This document shows, piece by piece, positions 37,597-48,183 of a stretch of DNA of 64,000 bases; positions within the stretch are counted from its first letter, which is position 1, and the number at the start of each line of letters is the position of its first letter. Position numbers and translations under genes: made by a program. The notes under the pieces were generated by a model. It worked only from the letters and a program-made list of their open reading frames with translations. It had not been told where the DNA came from and ran no database searches. The DNA is from Bacteroidia bacterium (lineage in GTDB: Bacteria; Bacteroidota; Bacteroidia; M30B66): assembly GCA_965279035.1 (NCBI GenBank), contig OZ257142.1, forward strand, positions 448,001 to 512,000, read 5' to 3'.

Positions 37597-37597
37597 A

Positions 37598-39076
37598 TCA
37601 GAGATTCGGTACCATGTGATTAGAAATCTCGGTGAGCAGGTACTTTACCGACTCATCTGTGAGATTGAAAATAAACTGAGGGAACAATCCGAAGAAAACG
37701 ATGAGCCCAACGATTGGGAACAACACCAGTTTCTCGGAAATGGTAAGGTCGGCAAACACCGTGATTGCAGGATTCTCACCTAGCATCGATGTTTTGTAGG
37801 CGCGTAGCATATAAACTGCTCCAAAAATGACGGTTAAACCAGCAAATGCGGCAAACACATAACTGTAATCGTACAAAGAGCTAAGCAGCAAGAATTCACC
37901 AATAAAGCCATTGGTTAGCGGTAAAGCCACACTAGCAAAGGTTATCACCATAAAGCAAGAAGCAAACACGGGAGCTAACTGACGAATACCGCCCAACTTG
38001 GCGATTTCGTTTGTGCCTGTTCTCTGTTGAATGATTTCGGCTACGAAGAACAATCCAACTACGTTGACACCGTGTGCCAACATTTGAATCATTGCTCCTT
38101 GGAAACCAGTACGTGAAAGTGTGAAAATACCTGCTGTTATTAGTCCAACGTGAGCAATCGACGACCAAGCAAACAAGCGCTTAAGGTCTTTTTGTCCGAT
38201 TGCAATCCAAGAAGCGTAGATAATTCCAACTACACACATGATTAAAACCACATCGGTGTAGGAACTAACAGCCATTGGAGTGATAGGTAGAATCCAACGG
38301 AAAATGGAATAAATACCCATTTTTAACATGATACCGGAAAGTAACATCGAACCAGCATTTGGTGCGGTTGTGTATGTGTCGGGCTGCCAAGAGTGGAATG
38401 GTAGTAAAGGAATTTTGATCGCATAGGCGATGAAGAAAGCCCAGAAAATCCAACGTTGTGCAACTGGATCAAGGCGTAATGCATAGAAAGCATCAATACC
38501 AAAGCTACGATCGGCTGTTTGAAGGTACAGCCAGATGATAGCTGCCAACATGAGTAGCGATCCGAGTAAGGTGTAGATAAAGAACTTGAAAGTGATTTTC
38601 ACCCGATTTTCTCCACCCCAAATAAGGACGATGAAATAGATTGGAATAAGTGCTAATTCCCAGAAGATGTAGTAAAGGAAAGCGTCTAATGATACGAACA
38701 CACCAACTAGCGCACTTTGCATCATCAACACGAGGAAATAGAAAAGGCGCGGATTGCGGAATTCCCGGTTCCAAGTAGTGAGGACGATAAGTGGTAGAAG
38801 GAAGTTAGTAAGAATAACCATGAGCATGCTTAATCCGTCGAGTCCGACGAAGAAGCGAATTCCCATGGTAGATATCCAGTTTTCGGACAGAATAAACTGT
38901 TCGTTAGAAAGCAAGCTTCGGTGTTCGTTGATGTCGAACAGGAAGATGACATAGGCTGTAAAGGCTGCCTGAATGAGAGTGGCAACGAGGGCGCCTTTTT
39001 TTGCCGCATTTGCAGGAAGCAAAAACAGCAGTAGGGCAGCCAGGAACGGAAACGCGATGAGGGCAGCTGTTATCAT
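37598..39076 (-). CDS. nuoM: NADH-quinone oxidoreductase subunit M
   Basis: FWELALIP, IKIPLLPFHSWQPD and LPLTNGFIGEF. Confidence 0.95.
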   Translation of the reverse strand: MITAALIAFPFLAALLLFLLPANAAKKGALVATLIQAAFTAYVIFLFDINEHRSLLSNEQFILSENWISTMGIRFFVGLDGLSMLMVILTNFLLPLIVLTTWNREFRNPRLFYFLVLMMQSALVGVFVSLDAFLYYIFWELALIPIYFIVLIWGGENRVKITFKFFIYTLLGSLLMLAAIIWLYLQTADRSFGIDAFYALRLDPVAQRWIFWAFFIAYAIKIPLLPFHSWQPDTYTTAPNAGSMLLSGIMLKMGIYSIFRWILPITPMAVSSYTDVVLIMCVVGIIYASWIAIGQKDLKRLFAWSSIAHVGLITAGIFTLSRTGFQGAMIQMLAHGVNVVGLFFVAEIIQQRTGTNEIAKLGGIRQLAPVFASCFMVITFASVALPLTNGFIGEFLLLSSLYDYSYVFAAFAGLTVIFGAVYMLRAYKTSMLGENPAITVFADLTISEKLVLFPIVGLIVFFGLFPQFIFNLTDESVKYLLTEISNHMVPNL

Positions 39077-39078
39077 GC

Positions 39079-41001
39079 TCAGTTCAGAAAGCTGTTAGCC
39101 GCAAGAATGACCAATATTCCGATCACCATTGCGAAAATGTAAAAACCGACATTCCCTGTTTGTAAGAACCGAGCTGTGCGGGAACCCAACACAACGAGTT
39201 GTCCAACACCGTTCACAATGCGATCGATGACGTTTACTTCGAGGAATTTATAAATGCCTTTGGATGCAGAAACTACCGGATTAGCTAAGACTGTGTCGTA
39301 AAGTTCATCGATGTAGTATTTGTTGACGAGTACTTTCTCAAATGCCGAAATGTGTTCGCCCTCGGCAGCAGGAATGTGCCCGTTCTTTTTATACCGAATC
39401 CACGCATATCCAATCACCGCTAAAACTGCAGATACCGAAACAACCATTAAGATGATTTCGAGCGAATGAGAAAGATGGTGTTCTAATCCGAAATCTTCTA
39501 GTATGATTGAAGATCCAGCTAAAATTGGTTCGAAGAAACGATCTAACCAATGTGTGCCACCTAATACTTCAGGGATATTGACAAATCCTGCAAGCAAAGA
39601 ACAGATTGCTAAAATCATCAAAGGAATGGTCATCGTTTTAGGCGACTCGTGCAGGTGATGTTCTTGTTCGTGTGTTCCGCGGAATGAACCAAAGAAGGTG
39701 AGGTAATACAAACGGAACATGTAGAATGCAGTCATCAACGCTCCACAAACACCTAAAATCCAAAGAACAGGATTGTGTGCAAATGCAGAGGCCAATATTT
39801 GGTCTTTCGAGAAGAACCCAGCAAGTGGAGGAATACCTGCAATCGCAATGGTTCCGATTAGGAAAGTGAAATGCGTTATAGGAAGTGCTTTTTTCAATCC
39901 ACCCATTTTGCGAATGTCTTGCTCGCCGCCCATTGCGTGAATAACCGAACCCGATCCGAGGAACAATAAGGCTTTAAAGAAGGCGTGAGTAAAGAGATGG
40001 AAATAAGCAGCCGAATAAGCTCCTAATCCAAGGGCGAAAAACATATAGCCCAATTGAGAAACCGTTGAATAGGCAAGCACTTTCTTGATGTCGTTCTGTT
40101 TGAGACCGATACTCGCTGCAAAAAGAGCAGTGCACAAGCCAACAATCATGATGATTTCTTGTGTGAATGGTGCTAAAGTAAATAGCACATTGCTACGAAT
40201 GATCAAGTAAACACCTGCTGTTACCATGGTTGCAGCGTGTATGAGTGCCGAAACTGGAGTTGGACCAGCCATCGCATCCGGTAGCCACGTAAATAATGGC
40301 AATTGAGCCGATTTACCGATAGCACCTACAAACAATAATAAGGTCGCGTTGCGGATAATTGGATCGCCCGACATAATATCCAATGCTTCGAGCGAAATGC
40401 GATTGTATTCTAAGGTTGAAAAACGCAGATACAGCAGGAAGATACCCAATAGCAATCCCAAGTCACCAATGCGGTTCATGATGAAAGCCTTGTTTGCTGC
40501 TTTGTTGTATTCGGGGTTTTTATACCAGAAACCGATGAGTAAGTAGGAACACAGTCCAACACCTTCCCAACCGATGAATAGCATGATGTAATTGCTTCCC
40601 ATCACCAAAATCAACATGAAGAAGATGAAGAGATTGAGGTAGGCAAAGAATCGGCTAAAGCCCGGATCATCGTGCATGTATCCAGCAGAATACACGTGGA
40701 TGAGAAATCCAACTCCAGTAATAACCAGCATCATCATTAAAGAGAGCTGATCGAGTTGGAAACTGTAGTTAACAGATAGTTTTCCTATTTGAATCCATTC
40801 ACCCAACAAGATGCGGATTGGCTCAGCGTCGAGTGTATTGACAAACGGAATAAAGATCGAAACAGTAAGAATGAATGGCACTAAAACGGCCACAGAAGCA
40901 ACAGATGCTACAAGATTCTTCGGAAGACGTTTTCCAAAGAAGATGCTGAACAGGAATCCGAACAGCGGGAGTGCGGGAATCAACCAGGCTAAGTCTTTCA
41001 T
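39079..41001 (-). CDS. nuoL: NADH-quinone oxidoreductase subunit L
   Basis: GWEGVGLCSYLLIGFW and GKSAQLPLFTWLPDAMAGPTPVSALIHAATMVTAG. Confidence 0.96.
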   Translation of the reverse strand: MKDLAWLIPALPLFGFLFSIFFGKRLPKNLVASVASVAVLVPFILTVSIFIPFVNTLDAEPIRILLGEWIQIGKLSVNYSFQLDQLSLMMMLVITGVGFLIHVYSAGYMHDDPGFSRFFAYLNLFIFFMLILVMGSNYIMLFIGWEGVGLCSYLLIGFWYKNPEYNKAANKAFIMNRIGDLGLLLGIFLLYLRFSTLEYNRISLEALDIMSGDPIIRNATLLLFVGAIGKSAQLPLFTWLPDAMAGPTPVSALIHAATMVTAGVYLIIRSNVLFTLAPFTQEIIMIVGLCTALFAASIGLKQNDIKKVLAYSTVSQLGYMFFALGLGAYSAAYFHLFTHAFFKALLFLGSGSVIHAMGGEQDIRKMGGLKKALPITHFTFLIGTIAIAGIPPLAGFFSKDQILASAFAHNPVLWILGVCGALMTAFYMFRLYYLTFFGSFRGTHEQEHHLHESPKTMTIPLMILAICSLLAGFVNIPEVLGGTHWLDRFFEPILAGSSIILEDFGLEHHLSHSLEIILMVVSVSAVLAVIGYAWIRYKKNGHIPAAEGEHISAFEKVLVNKYYIDELYDTVLANPVVSASKGIYKFLEVNVIDRIVNGVGQLVVLGSRTARFLQTGNVGFYIFAMVIGILVILAANSFLN

Positions 41002-41023
41002 ATTCAAGCGTGCTGCCGGTGCG

Positions 41024-41353
41024 TTACCATTTCAAGTTTCTCAATGCATTAATGTCGGTCGATCGGATGTTCCGATATATCATTACCAAGATGCCCAAAC
41101 CAACAGCAACTTCGGCCGCGGCAACCACCATGATAAAGAAGACAAACACTTGTCCCGACTGGTCTCCGTGAAAACGAGAGAAAGCAGCAAGGAGAATATT
41201 TACAGCATTCAACATGAGTTCAATAGACATGAAGATGATGATAAAGTTTCGGCGGAGAAGAACGCCCATCACCCCGATCGAGAATAGTATCGCGCTCAGG
41301 AAGAGGTAGTGATGAATGCCGATTTCGCGGAAGGAATTCTGTAGTTCTTCCAT
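41024..41353 (-). CDS. nuoK: NADH-quinone oxidoreductase subunit K
   Basis: RRN...SIELMLNA and [10 protein letters not shown]. Confidence 0.95.
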   Translation of the reverse strand: MEELQNSFREIGIHHYLFLSAILFSIGVMGVLLRRNFIIIFMSIELMLNAVNILLAAFSRFHGDQSGQVFVFFIMVVAAAEVAVGLGILVMIYRNIRSTDINALRNLKW

Positions 41354-41355
41354 GA

Positions 41356-41853
41356 TCAGTCGTTAACGTGTTTTTTACCCAAAATAACTGCACCTACCAT
41401 GGCCGAAATGAACAGGATAGAGGAAACTTCAAAAGGGAGGAGAAAATCTTTGAATAATACTTTACCCACTCCTTTAGCAGTACCAAAATCTTCGGTAATC
41501 ATGGTTGCTGGTCGCGTATCGTATTCACGAAGTGAAGCAGCTAAAATAATCATGAGCAAGCATGCTGAAAAGACAGCTGCCACTTTGAGCAACATGGGTT
41601 TATGTGGCTCTGTTTCTTTGTTGAGATTGAGCAACATGATCACGAAAAGGAAGAGCACCATGATGGCTCCTGCATAAACGATCAAGTTGACAATCCCGAG
41701 AAATCCGGCGTCAAGCAGGATGTAATGTCCGGTGATGGAAAAGAAACAGATCACCAGCCAAAGCACGCTGTAGATCGGATTCTTGGAGAATACCACCATC
41801 AGCGCGGAGCCAATGGTAAGTGCTGCAAGAATAAGGAAGGCGATCGGTGTCAT
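41356..41853 (-). CDS. nuoJ: NADH-quinone oxidoreductase subunit J
   Basis: [17 protein letters not shown] and LPFEV.S. Confidence 0.95.
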   Translation of the reverse strand: MTPIAFLILAALTIGSALMVVFSKNPIYSVLWLVICFFSITGHYILLDAGFLGIVNLIVYAGAIMVLFLFVIMLLNLNKETEPHKPMLLKVAAVFSACLLMIILAASLREYDTRPATMITEDFGTAKGVGKVLFKDFLLPFEVSSILFISAMVGAVILGKKHVND

Positions 41854-41907
41854 AGCTTAGTATCGGGCGCGAAAATAGCGGAATTTTATGATTTAGGGGA
41901 GGAATGA

Positions 41908-42435
41908 TTAGCGGTCCTGACGTTTCGTGATATCAATTCGTTTAGAAGCTTCAACACCTTCTACCAAACGGTCCTTTCCATAGATAAAATCATCTCGATC
42001 ATAATCAGATGAAACAATCTCTTTTGTTAGGAAAATGGCCTGTTTCGGGCAGGCCTCTTCGCACAATCCACAGAAAATACAACGCAACATGTTGATCTCA
42101 TAGATTGCAGCATATTTCTCTTCGCGGTAAAGTTTCTCCTCGCCTTTCTTGCGTTCATCCGCAACCATCGTAATGGCTTCTGCCGGACAAGAAACGGCAC
42201 ATAATCCACAAGCAGTGCAACGTTCAGCTCCATTTTCATCGCGCTTCAATACGTGTTTTCCGCGATAAACTTCGCTGAATTCACGTGTTTGCTCAGGATA
42301 TTTCAGCGTAGCAGGACGTTTAAAAAAGTGTTTCAGTGTAACCGCCATGCCCTTCAATACCGCGGGCAAATAGCTGCCTTCGGAAAGGGTCATTTTTTTA
42401 TCGGATACGACTTTCGATCGGTTGGTGAGTTGCAT
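41908..42435 (-). CDS. nuoI: NADH-quinone oxidoreductase subunit I
   Basis: Two 4Fe-4S motifs, CTACGLCAVSCP and CIFCGLCEEACP. Confidence 0.96.
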   Translation of the reverse strand: MQLTNRSKVVSDKKMTLSEGSYLPAVLKGMAVTLKHFFKRPATLKYPEQTREFSEVYRGKHVLKRDENGAERCTACGLCAVSCPAEAITMVADERKKGEEKLYREEKYAAIYEINMLRCIFCGLCEEACPKQAIFLTKEIVSSDYDRDDFIYGKDRLVEGVEASKRIDITKRQDR

Positions 42436-42467
42436 GTTTTTCTGTCTTCAGAAATAAATGAACAGTC

Positions 42468-43496
42468 TTATTTATCGGCCCAAAGCAAAACTGCTCCGGT
42501 AGCAAATAGGTGAATCAAAGCGAGTGGAATCATGTATTGCCAACCCAAACGCATCAATTGATCGTAACGGAAACGTGGTAAAGTCCAGCGAATCCACATG
42601 AACAAGAAGATGAATGCGAAAATTTTGAGAAAGAACACGAATACTCCTATGATGGTGATGATGTTTTGATCTAATCCCAAGCTATCCATGAACGGGAAGT
42701 TATATCCTCCAAAGTACAAGCTTGCCATAAACGCCGATGAAATGAACATGTTGATGTATTCGGCGAACATGAAGAATCCCAATTTCATGGAAGAATATTC
42801 GGTGTGATATCCACCTACTAATTCTGTTTCACATTCAGGCAAATCGAATGGAGTTCGATTACATTCTGCAAAAGCACAGACTACAAAAAGCAAGAATCCG
42901 AATGGTTGATAGAAAATGTTCCAATTCATTCCGTGTTGCTGATCTACAATTTCCTTAAGACTCAATGTCCCTGTCATCATAATCAAGGCAATCAGCGCTA
43001 AGCCCATACTCAACTCATAGCTGATCATTTGCGAAGAAGCACGAATAGCACCGAGTAGCGCGAACTTGTTATTGGACGCCCATCCGCCAATCATAATTCC
43101 ATAAACACCTAAGGATACTACACCAAAAATGTAAAGAACACCGATGTTGAGATCTGAAACTTGAAGCGAAATTTCACGTCCGGCAATGTTCAATGTATCA
43201 CCCCAAGGGATAACAACGCTGGTCATCAAAGCTGTTAGCATCGCGATTCCTGGACCTGCGATGAACAAGAATTTGTCAGAAGCATTCGGAATAATTTCCT
43301 CTTTGAAGAAGAATTTACCCGCATCAGCTAATGGTTGCAAAATACCAAATGGCCCCGCACGATCAGGACCAACGCGGTCTTGCATGAATGCTGCAATTTT
43401 ACGTTCAGCATACGTGCTGTAAGTAGCTATGAGCAGCGTGATGGCAAAAGCGATAAACGCAATGACCGTTTTATCGAGTAAAAACAGCATGTCCAT
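42468..43496 (-). CDS. nuoH: NADH-quinone oxidoreductase subunit H
   Basis: ERK..A.MQDRVGP, QMISYE, NRTPFDLPE.E.ELV.GY.TEY and PRFRYDQLM. Confidence 0.96.
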   Translation of the reverse strand: MDMLFLLDKTVIAFIAFAITLLIATYSTYAERKIAAFMQDRVGPDRAGPFGILQPLADAGKFFFKEEIIPNASDKFLFIAGPGIAMLTALMTSVVIPWGDTLNIAGREISLQVSDLNIGVLYIFGVVSLGVYGIMIGGWASNNKFALLGAIRASSQMISYELSMGLALIALIMMTGTLSLKEIVDQQHGMNWNIFYQPFGFLLFVVCAFAECNRTPFDLPECETELVGGYHTEYSSMKLGFFMFAEYINMFISSAFMASLYFGGYNFPFMDSLGLDQNIITIIGVFVFFLKIFAFIFLFMWIRWTLPRFRYDQLMRLGWQYMIPLALIHLFATGAVLLWADK

Positions 43497-43497
43497 A

Positions 43498-44490
43498 TCA
43501 GCTCAGTTGTTTGTTAGGAAGGGATTCCGGAGAAGCCACATACTTGGTTCCTTTTTCATAGTGATTGGCCGAAATAACCGAATGACGATCAATCATGCGC
43601 GGTCCTTCTTCAGTCCAATCGCTTAATTCTTTCTTATCGTAACGACAAGTGTTGCAGATGAAATCTTCTACTTCACCCCATTGGTCTTTACGTCCTGTTA
43701 CACGGTAAATAGCATTTCCGTATTTCCAGATAACAGCTTTACCGGTGCACTTATCATTGTCGCAATTGCGGTGAGCATCCATCGGTTTGAGGAACCAAAC
43801 ACGACTTTTGAAGCGGAACGTTTTATCGGTAAGCGCTCCAACCGGACAAACATCAATCATGTTACCCGAGAATTCGTTTTCGATGGAATTTTGGATGTAG
43901 GTGCTGATTTCAGCCACATCACCACGATTGATTACCCCGTGAACGCGTCCCGGAGTGAGTTGATCAGCCACTTTCACACAACGGAAGCACATAATGCAAC
44001 GGTTCATGTGAAGTTGGATTTTCTCACCAATATCAATACGTTCAAACGTACGGCGCTCAAACTCGTAACGACTTTTGCTTCGTCCGTTTTCGTAGGAAAG
44101 ATCTTGTAAATGACATTCGCCAGCTTGATCGCAAACAGGGCAATCGAGTGGGTGATTGATCAATAGAAATTCAACAACACCTTTACGTGCATCCACCACT
44201 TCTGGTGAAGTGTAATTCTGAACTTCCATTCCGTCCATCACAGTGGTACGGCAAGAAGCAACCAGTTTTGGCATCGGGCGCGGATCTTTTTCCGAGCCTT
44301 TGCTCACTTTTACAATACAGGTACGGCAGTATCCTCCCGAAGTTTTTAGCTTCGAATAATAGCACATAGCAGGCGGCGCCACTTCTTTCCCAATCATGCG
44401 GGCAGCCTGAAGAATCGTTGTTCCCGGAGGAACCTCGATGGTTTGATTGTCGATCGTTACTTTCAGCAAGTCCATAGATACATGCGTCAA
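43498..44490 (-). CDS. nuoG: NADH-quinone oxidoreductase subunit G, short (Fe-S domain only) form
   Basis: CY...G.CR.C, NHPLDCPVCDQAGEC.LQD, RCIMCFRC and CPVGAL; only 330 aa. Confidence 0.9.
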   Translation of the reverse strand: MTHVSMDLLKVTIDNQTIEVPPGTTILQAARMIGKEVAPPAMCYYSKLKTSGGYCRTCIVKVSKGSEKDPRPMPKLVASCRTTVMDGMEVQNYTSPEVVDARKGVVEFLLINHPLDCPVCDQAGECHLQDLSYENGRSKSRYEFERRTFERIDIGEKIQLHMNRCIMCFRCVKVADQLTPGRVHGVINRGDVAEISTYIQNSIENEFSGNMIDVCPVGALTDKTFRFKSRVWFLKPMDAHRNCDNDKCTGKAVIWKYGNAIYRVTGRKDQWGEVEDFICNTCRYDKKELSDWTEEGPRMIDRHSVISANHYEKGTKYVASPESLPNKQLS

Positions 44491-44491
44491 A

Positions 44492-45853
44492 TTAAGCGTT
44501 GACCGGAGCCGGAGCTACGGGCATAATAGGTTCACGTTGTCCGTGTTTCGGATCTTTCACTTTATCAGGGAAATTCACGTGGTATTCGAATTCGTGGCGA
44601 AAGTGACGAACGGCAGCAGCAACAGGCCAAGCAGCAGCATCACCCAGCGGACAAATGGTATTTCCTTCGATTCGGCGAGCTACATCAACCAAAAGATCGA
44701 TATCGTCCATGTTGCCCAACCCTTTTTCCAAGCGATGTAGCACTTTTTCCATCCATCCCGTTCCTTCGCGACAAGGGCTGCACTGACCACAACTTTCGTG
44801 ATGGTAGAAACGGCTGAAGTTCCATGTATTACGAACGATACATTGATTTTCGTCGTACACGATAAATCCTCCAGAACCCAACATAGAACCCGTTGCAAAA
44901 CCACCATCAGAAAGCGATTCGTAGGTCATCAAGCGAGGTTCTCCTGCTGCTGTTTTGCAGACTAGGTAATCGGGTAGAATTGGAACAGAAGAGCCGCCAG
45001 GAACACATGCTTTCATGCGTTTTCCATTGGCAATTCCTCCACAATATTCGTCAGAGAAAATAAATTCTTCAACTGGTAAGCCGAGTTCAATTTCGTAAAC
45101 GCCTGGTTTGTTAATGTTTCCAGAAGCTGAAATCAATTTTGTTCCGGTTGAACGACCTACTCCTATTTTAGAATAAGCTTCCCCACCATCGTTCACAATT
45201 GGAACAACGGCAGCAATGGTTTCTACGTTATTTACAACTGTTGGACAACCATACAATCCAGCAATTGCGGGAAATGGAGGTTTGATACGAGGATTTCCGC
45301 GTTTTCCTTCGAGTGATTCGAGCAATGCGGTTTCTTCTCCACAGATGTATGCTCCACCGCCAACTTGAACGTATAAGTCGAGATCGTAACCCGAACCTAA
45401 GATGTTTTTACCTAGCCAGCCATTTGCGTATGCTTCGGCGATGGCGTTTTCGAGGATGCGGGAAACATAGAAATATTCTCCGCGGATATAGATATAGGAA
45501 GTGTTTGCACCTAAAGCGAAACTGGAAGTAATCATCCCTTCGATGAGCAAATGTGGAATGTGCTCCATCAGGTAACGATCCTTGAACGTTCCAGGTTCGG
45601 ATTCGTCGGCATTGCAAACGAGATAACGAGCAACACCTTCGGGTTTAGCGAGGAAGCTCCATTTCATTCCTGTAGGGAAACCGGCCCCTCCGCGTCCACG
45701 TAATCCGGAAGTTTTCACTTCTTCGACGATGGCTTCAGGAGTCATGGTTTTGATGGCTTTCTCTACAGAAGCATACCCGCCTTTGGAGCGATACACCTCA
45801 TATGTTTGAATGCCTGGTACGTTTTCGTGTGTTAACAGCAGTTTTCTACCCAT
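44492..45853 (-). CDS. nuoF: NADH-quinone oxidoreductase subunit F
   Basis: SGLRGRGGAGFPTG, NADESEPGTFKDR, GAYICGEETAL and ESCGQCSPCREG. Confidence 0.97.
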   Translation of the reverse strand: MGRKLLLTHENVPGIQTYEVYRSKGGYASVEKAIKTMTPEAIVEEVKTSGLRGRGGAGFPTGMKWSFLAKPEGVARYLVCNADESEPGTFKDRYLMEHIPHLLIEGMITSSFALGANTSYIYIRGEYFYVSRILENAIAEAYANGWLGKNILGSGYDLDLYVQVGGGAYICGEETALLESLEGKRGNPRIKPPFPAIAGLYGCPTVVNNVETIAAVVPIVNDGGEAYSKIGVGRSTGTKLISASGNINKPGVYEIELGLPVEEFIFSDEYCGGIANGKRMKACVPGGSSVPILPDYLVCKTAAGEPRLMTYESLSDGGFATGSMLGSGGFIVYDENQCIVRNTWNFSRFYHHESCGQCSPCREGTGWMEKVLHRLEKGLGNMDDIDLLVDVARRIEGNTICPLGDAAAWPVAAAVRHFRHEFEYHVNFPDKVKDPKHGQREPIMPVAPAPVNA

Positions 45854-45864
45854 GATGCGCGCTA

Positions 45865-46446
45865 TTACTTACTGTTTTTGTAATCAAGATCGGTGTAGTT
45901 GTGGCGCTTGTTTTCGCTTTTAAAACGATCGAGTAAAGCATCCACTTTGGCTTCGGTGAGGTTTTCGTGGTATTCGGCACCGCATTGAAGCATCGGAGCA
46001 CTGCCACAAGAACCTAAACACTCCACAGTTTTAAGTGTGAACATGCCATCGGGTGTGGTTTCTCCCACTTTTAAGTTGAGTTTTTTGCTGATGTAATCAA
46101 CAATGTCTTCCGCCCCGCGTGTCCAACAAGAAGAAGTACGGCATACTTCCAAATGACATTTTCCTACTGGTTGTAAGTTGTACATCGAATAAAACGAAGC
46201 AACTTCAAACACTTCAATGGCTTGAATCCCTAGAATTTGAGCAACCAAATCCATAGCTTCTGGACTTAACCAACCTTCATTCTCCGCTTGTGCAATGTGA
46301 AGAATAGGTAATAAGGCTGATTTGCTTTTCCCTTCGGGATAGCGACTGATGATTTTCTGAATGGTAGCCATCGCGTCCTCGCTGAATTTCAGCTGAGATC
46401 GGAGGGCTGGGTCGAAGGAATGCGTTCCTGTTGGATGTGCTGACAT
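45865..46446 (-). CDS. nuoE: NADH-quinone oxidoreductase subunit E
   Basis: VASFYSMY, VCRTSSC and ECLGSC..AP. Start reassigned to ATG 46446. Confidence 0.93.
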   Translation of the reverse strand: MSAHPTGTHSFDPALRSQLKFSEDAMATIQKIISRYPEGKSKSALLPILHIAQAENEGWLSPEAMDLVAQILGIQAIEVFEVASFYSMYNLQPVGKCHLEVCRTSSCWTRGAEDIVDYISKKLNLKVGETTPDGMFTLKTVECLGSCGSAPMLQCGAEYHENLTEAKVDALLDRFKSENKRHNYTDLDYKNSK

Positions 46447-46456
46447 TCGATAAATT

Positions 46457-47668
46457 TTAAGCGTCGAGTTCGCCGGCAATGACGTTCATACTCGACATAG
46501 TAAGGATGGCATCGGAAAGCATCGAACCTTTGATCATTTCCGGGTAAGCCTGATAGTAAATGAAACAAGGACGGCGGAAGTGAAGACGATAAGGAGTTCG
46601 GCCACCATCCGAGATGAGGTAATAACCAACTTCTCCATTTCCACCTTCAACAGAATGGTAAACTTCCCCTTTTGGAAGATCTACTTCGCCCATCACAATT
46701 TTGAAATGCCAAATGAGAGCTTCCATGCTGGAATACACGTCTTTCTTGGCAGGAAGATAGAATTCGGGGCAATCTGCCACAAAGTTCCCTTCGGGTAAAT
46801 TATTAAGAGCTGTTTCAATAATTTTCAAACTCTCACGAATTTCGGCTTGACGCACACAAAAACGATCGTATGTATCGCCACTCGTTCCAACCGGAATGGT
46901 GAAATCAAAATCGTTGTAAGAGCAATATGGATTCATCACTCGGACATCATAATCAACACCCGCAGCTCGTAAATTTGGGCCGCTGAAGCTATATTCCAAC
47001 GCACGTTCACCTGAAATAGGGCCAACATTGATAATGCGATCCATGAAAATTCGGTTACGTAATAACATGCCTTCGAACTCATCGAAACGTTTCGGAAATC
47101 CAGAAATGAAATCACGAATCATCTGAATAGTCTTCGCACTGAAATCGCGTTCGAAACCACCAATACGACCAATGTTCGTCGTTAAGCGGGCACCACACAT
47201 TTGCTCGAAAATATCATAGATGCGTTCACGCTCTTGGAACATGTAGGTAAAACCTGTCAAAGCTCCAGTATCTACGCCAATTACCGTGTTGCAAACAATA
47301 TGATCGGCGATACGAGAAAGCTCCATCACGATTACACGCATGTAATCAACGCGTTTTGGAGTTTGTACACCCAAAAGTTTCTCTACTGTTAAATGCCAAC
47401 CGATGTTATTGATTGGTGAAGAACAATAGTTAAGGCGATCGGTGATAGGTGTTACTTGATAAAAAGGGCGATGCTCAGCCAATTTCTCAAATGCACGATG
47501 GATATAGCCAATAGTGGCTTCGGAGCTCATGATGATCTCTCCGTCCATTTGCAAAATATTTTGAAAAACCCCGTGAGTAGCTGGGTGAGTAGGTCCAAGA
47601 TTAAGCGTATTGTATTGCTTATTCTCCGATTGGATGTTCTCTTCGCCGAAAATCGATTGTTCTGCCAT
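46457..47668 (-). CDS. nuoD: NADH-quinone oxidoreductase subunit D
   Basis: NLGPTHPATHG, GYIHRAFEK, DRLNY and C-terminal GELDA. Start at ATG 47668. Confidence 0.96.
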   Translation of the reverse strand: MAEQSIFGEENIQSENKQYNTLNLGPTHPATHGVFQNILQMDGEIIMSSEATIGYIHRAFEKLAEHRPFYQVTPITDRLNYCSSPINNIGWHLTVEKLLGVQTPKRVDYMRVIVMELSRIADHIVCNTVIGVDTGALTGFTYMFQERERIYDIFEQMCGARLTTNIGRIGGFERDFSAKTIQMIRDFISGFPKRFDEFEGMLLRNRIFMDRIINVGPISGERALEYSFSGPNLRAAGVDYDVRVMNPYCSYNDFDFTIPVGTSGDTYDRFCVRQAEIRESLKIIETALNNLPEGNFVADCPEFYLPAKKDVYSSMEALIWHFKIVMGEVDLPKGEVYHSVEGGNGEVGYYLISDGGRTPYRLHFRRPCFIYYQAYPEMIKGSMLSDAILTMSSMNVIAGELDA

Positions 47669-47678
47669 GAATTTCGTG

Positions 47679-48182
47679 TTAACGTCCAAAGAAACGGTCG
47701 TCTTTATCTTCGCGGGAAGAATCTTCCAGCGGGTATTGTTTCAACATGGGGAAAATCTCCATGTGATCTACATTGAGAATGCGTTTTAGGTTCGGGTGAC
47801 CGAGGAATCGTACTCCAAAGAAGTCGTAGGTTTCGCGTTCCATCCAGTTAGCTCCAGCAAATAATCCAGTAGCCGAAGCGATTTCGGTATTGGTTTCTGG
47901 AATCCAGCATTTGATGCGGATGCGAACGTTGTTGGTAAGGCTGTGAAGGTGATATACTACTGCGATTTCACGTCCTTTTTGATCAGGCATGTGAACAGCA
48001 CATAAATCGGTGAGGTACCCGAAAGCTAAATCGGATTCATTTTTCAGAAAACCGATTACATCCAGATTACGATCAGCAGGTACTTCAATGGTAAGAAAGC
48101 CATAAGGCTCGTCGTGACTGAGAATCGCGTCTCCAAATTTATCCTGAAGTCGACTCAGGGTTATTTCTTGGGTCAGTGCCAT
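47679..48182 (-). CDS. nuoC: NADH-quinone oxidoreductase subunit C
   Basis: ANWMERETYDFFG..F.GHPNL.RI. Start at ATG 48182. Confidence 0.94.
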   Translation of the reverse strand: MALTQEITLSRLQDKFGDAILSHDEPYGFLTIEVPADRNLDVIGFLKNESDLAFGYLTDLCAVHMPDQKGREIAVVYHLHSLTNNVRIRIKCWIPETNTEIASATGLFAGANWMERETYDFFGVRFLGHPNLKRILNVDHMEIFPMLKQYPLEDSSREDKDDRFFGR

Positions 48183-48183
48183 A

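Noticed and set aside
40811-44740. Several 90-160 aa plus-strand ORFs opposite nuo genes
   Set aside because: Antisense frames produced by the codon bias of conserved genes.
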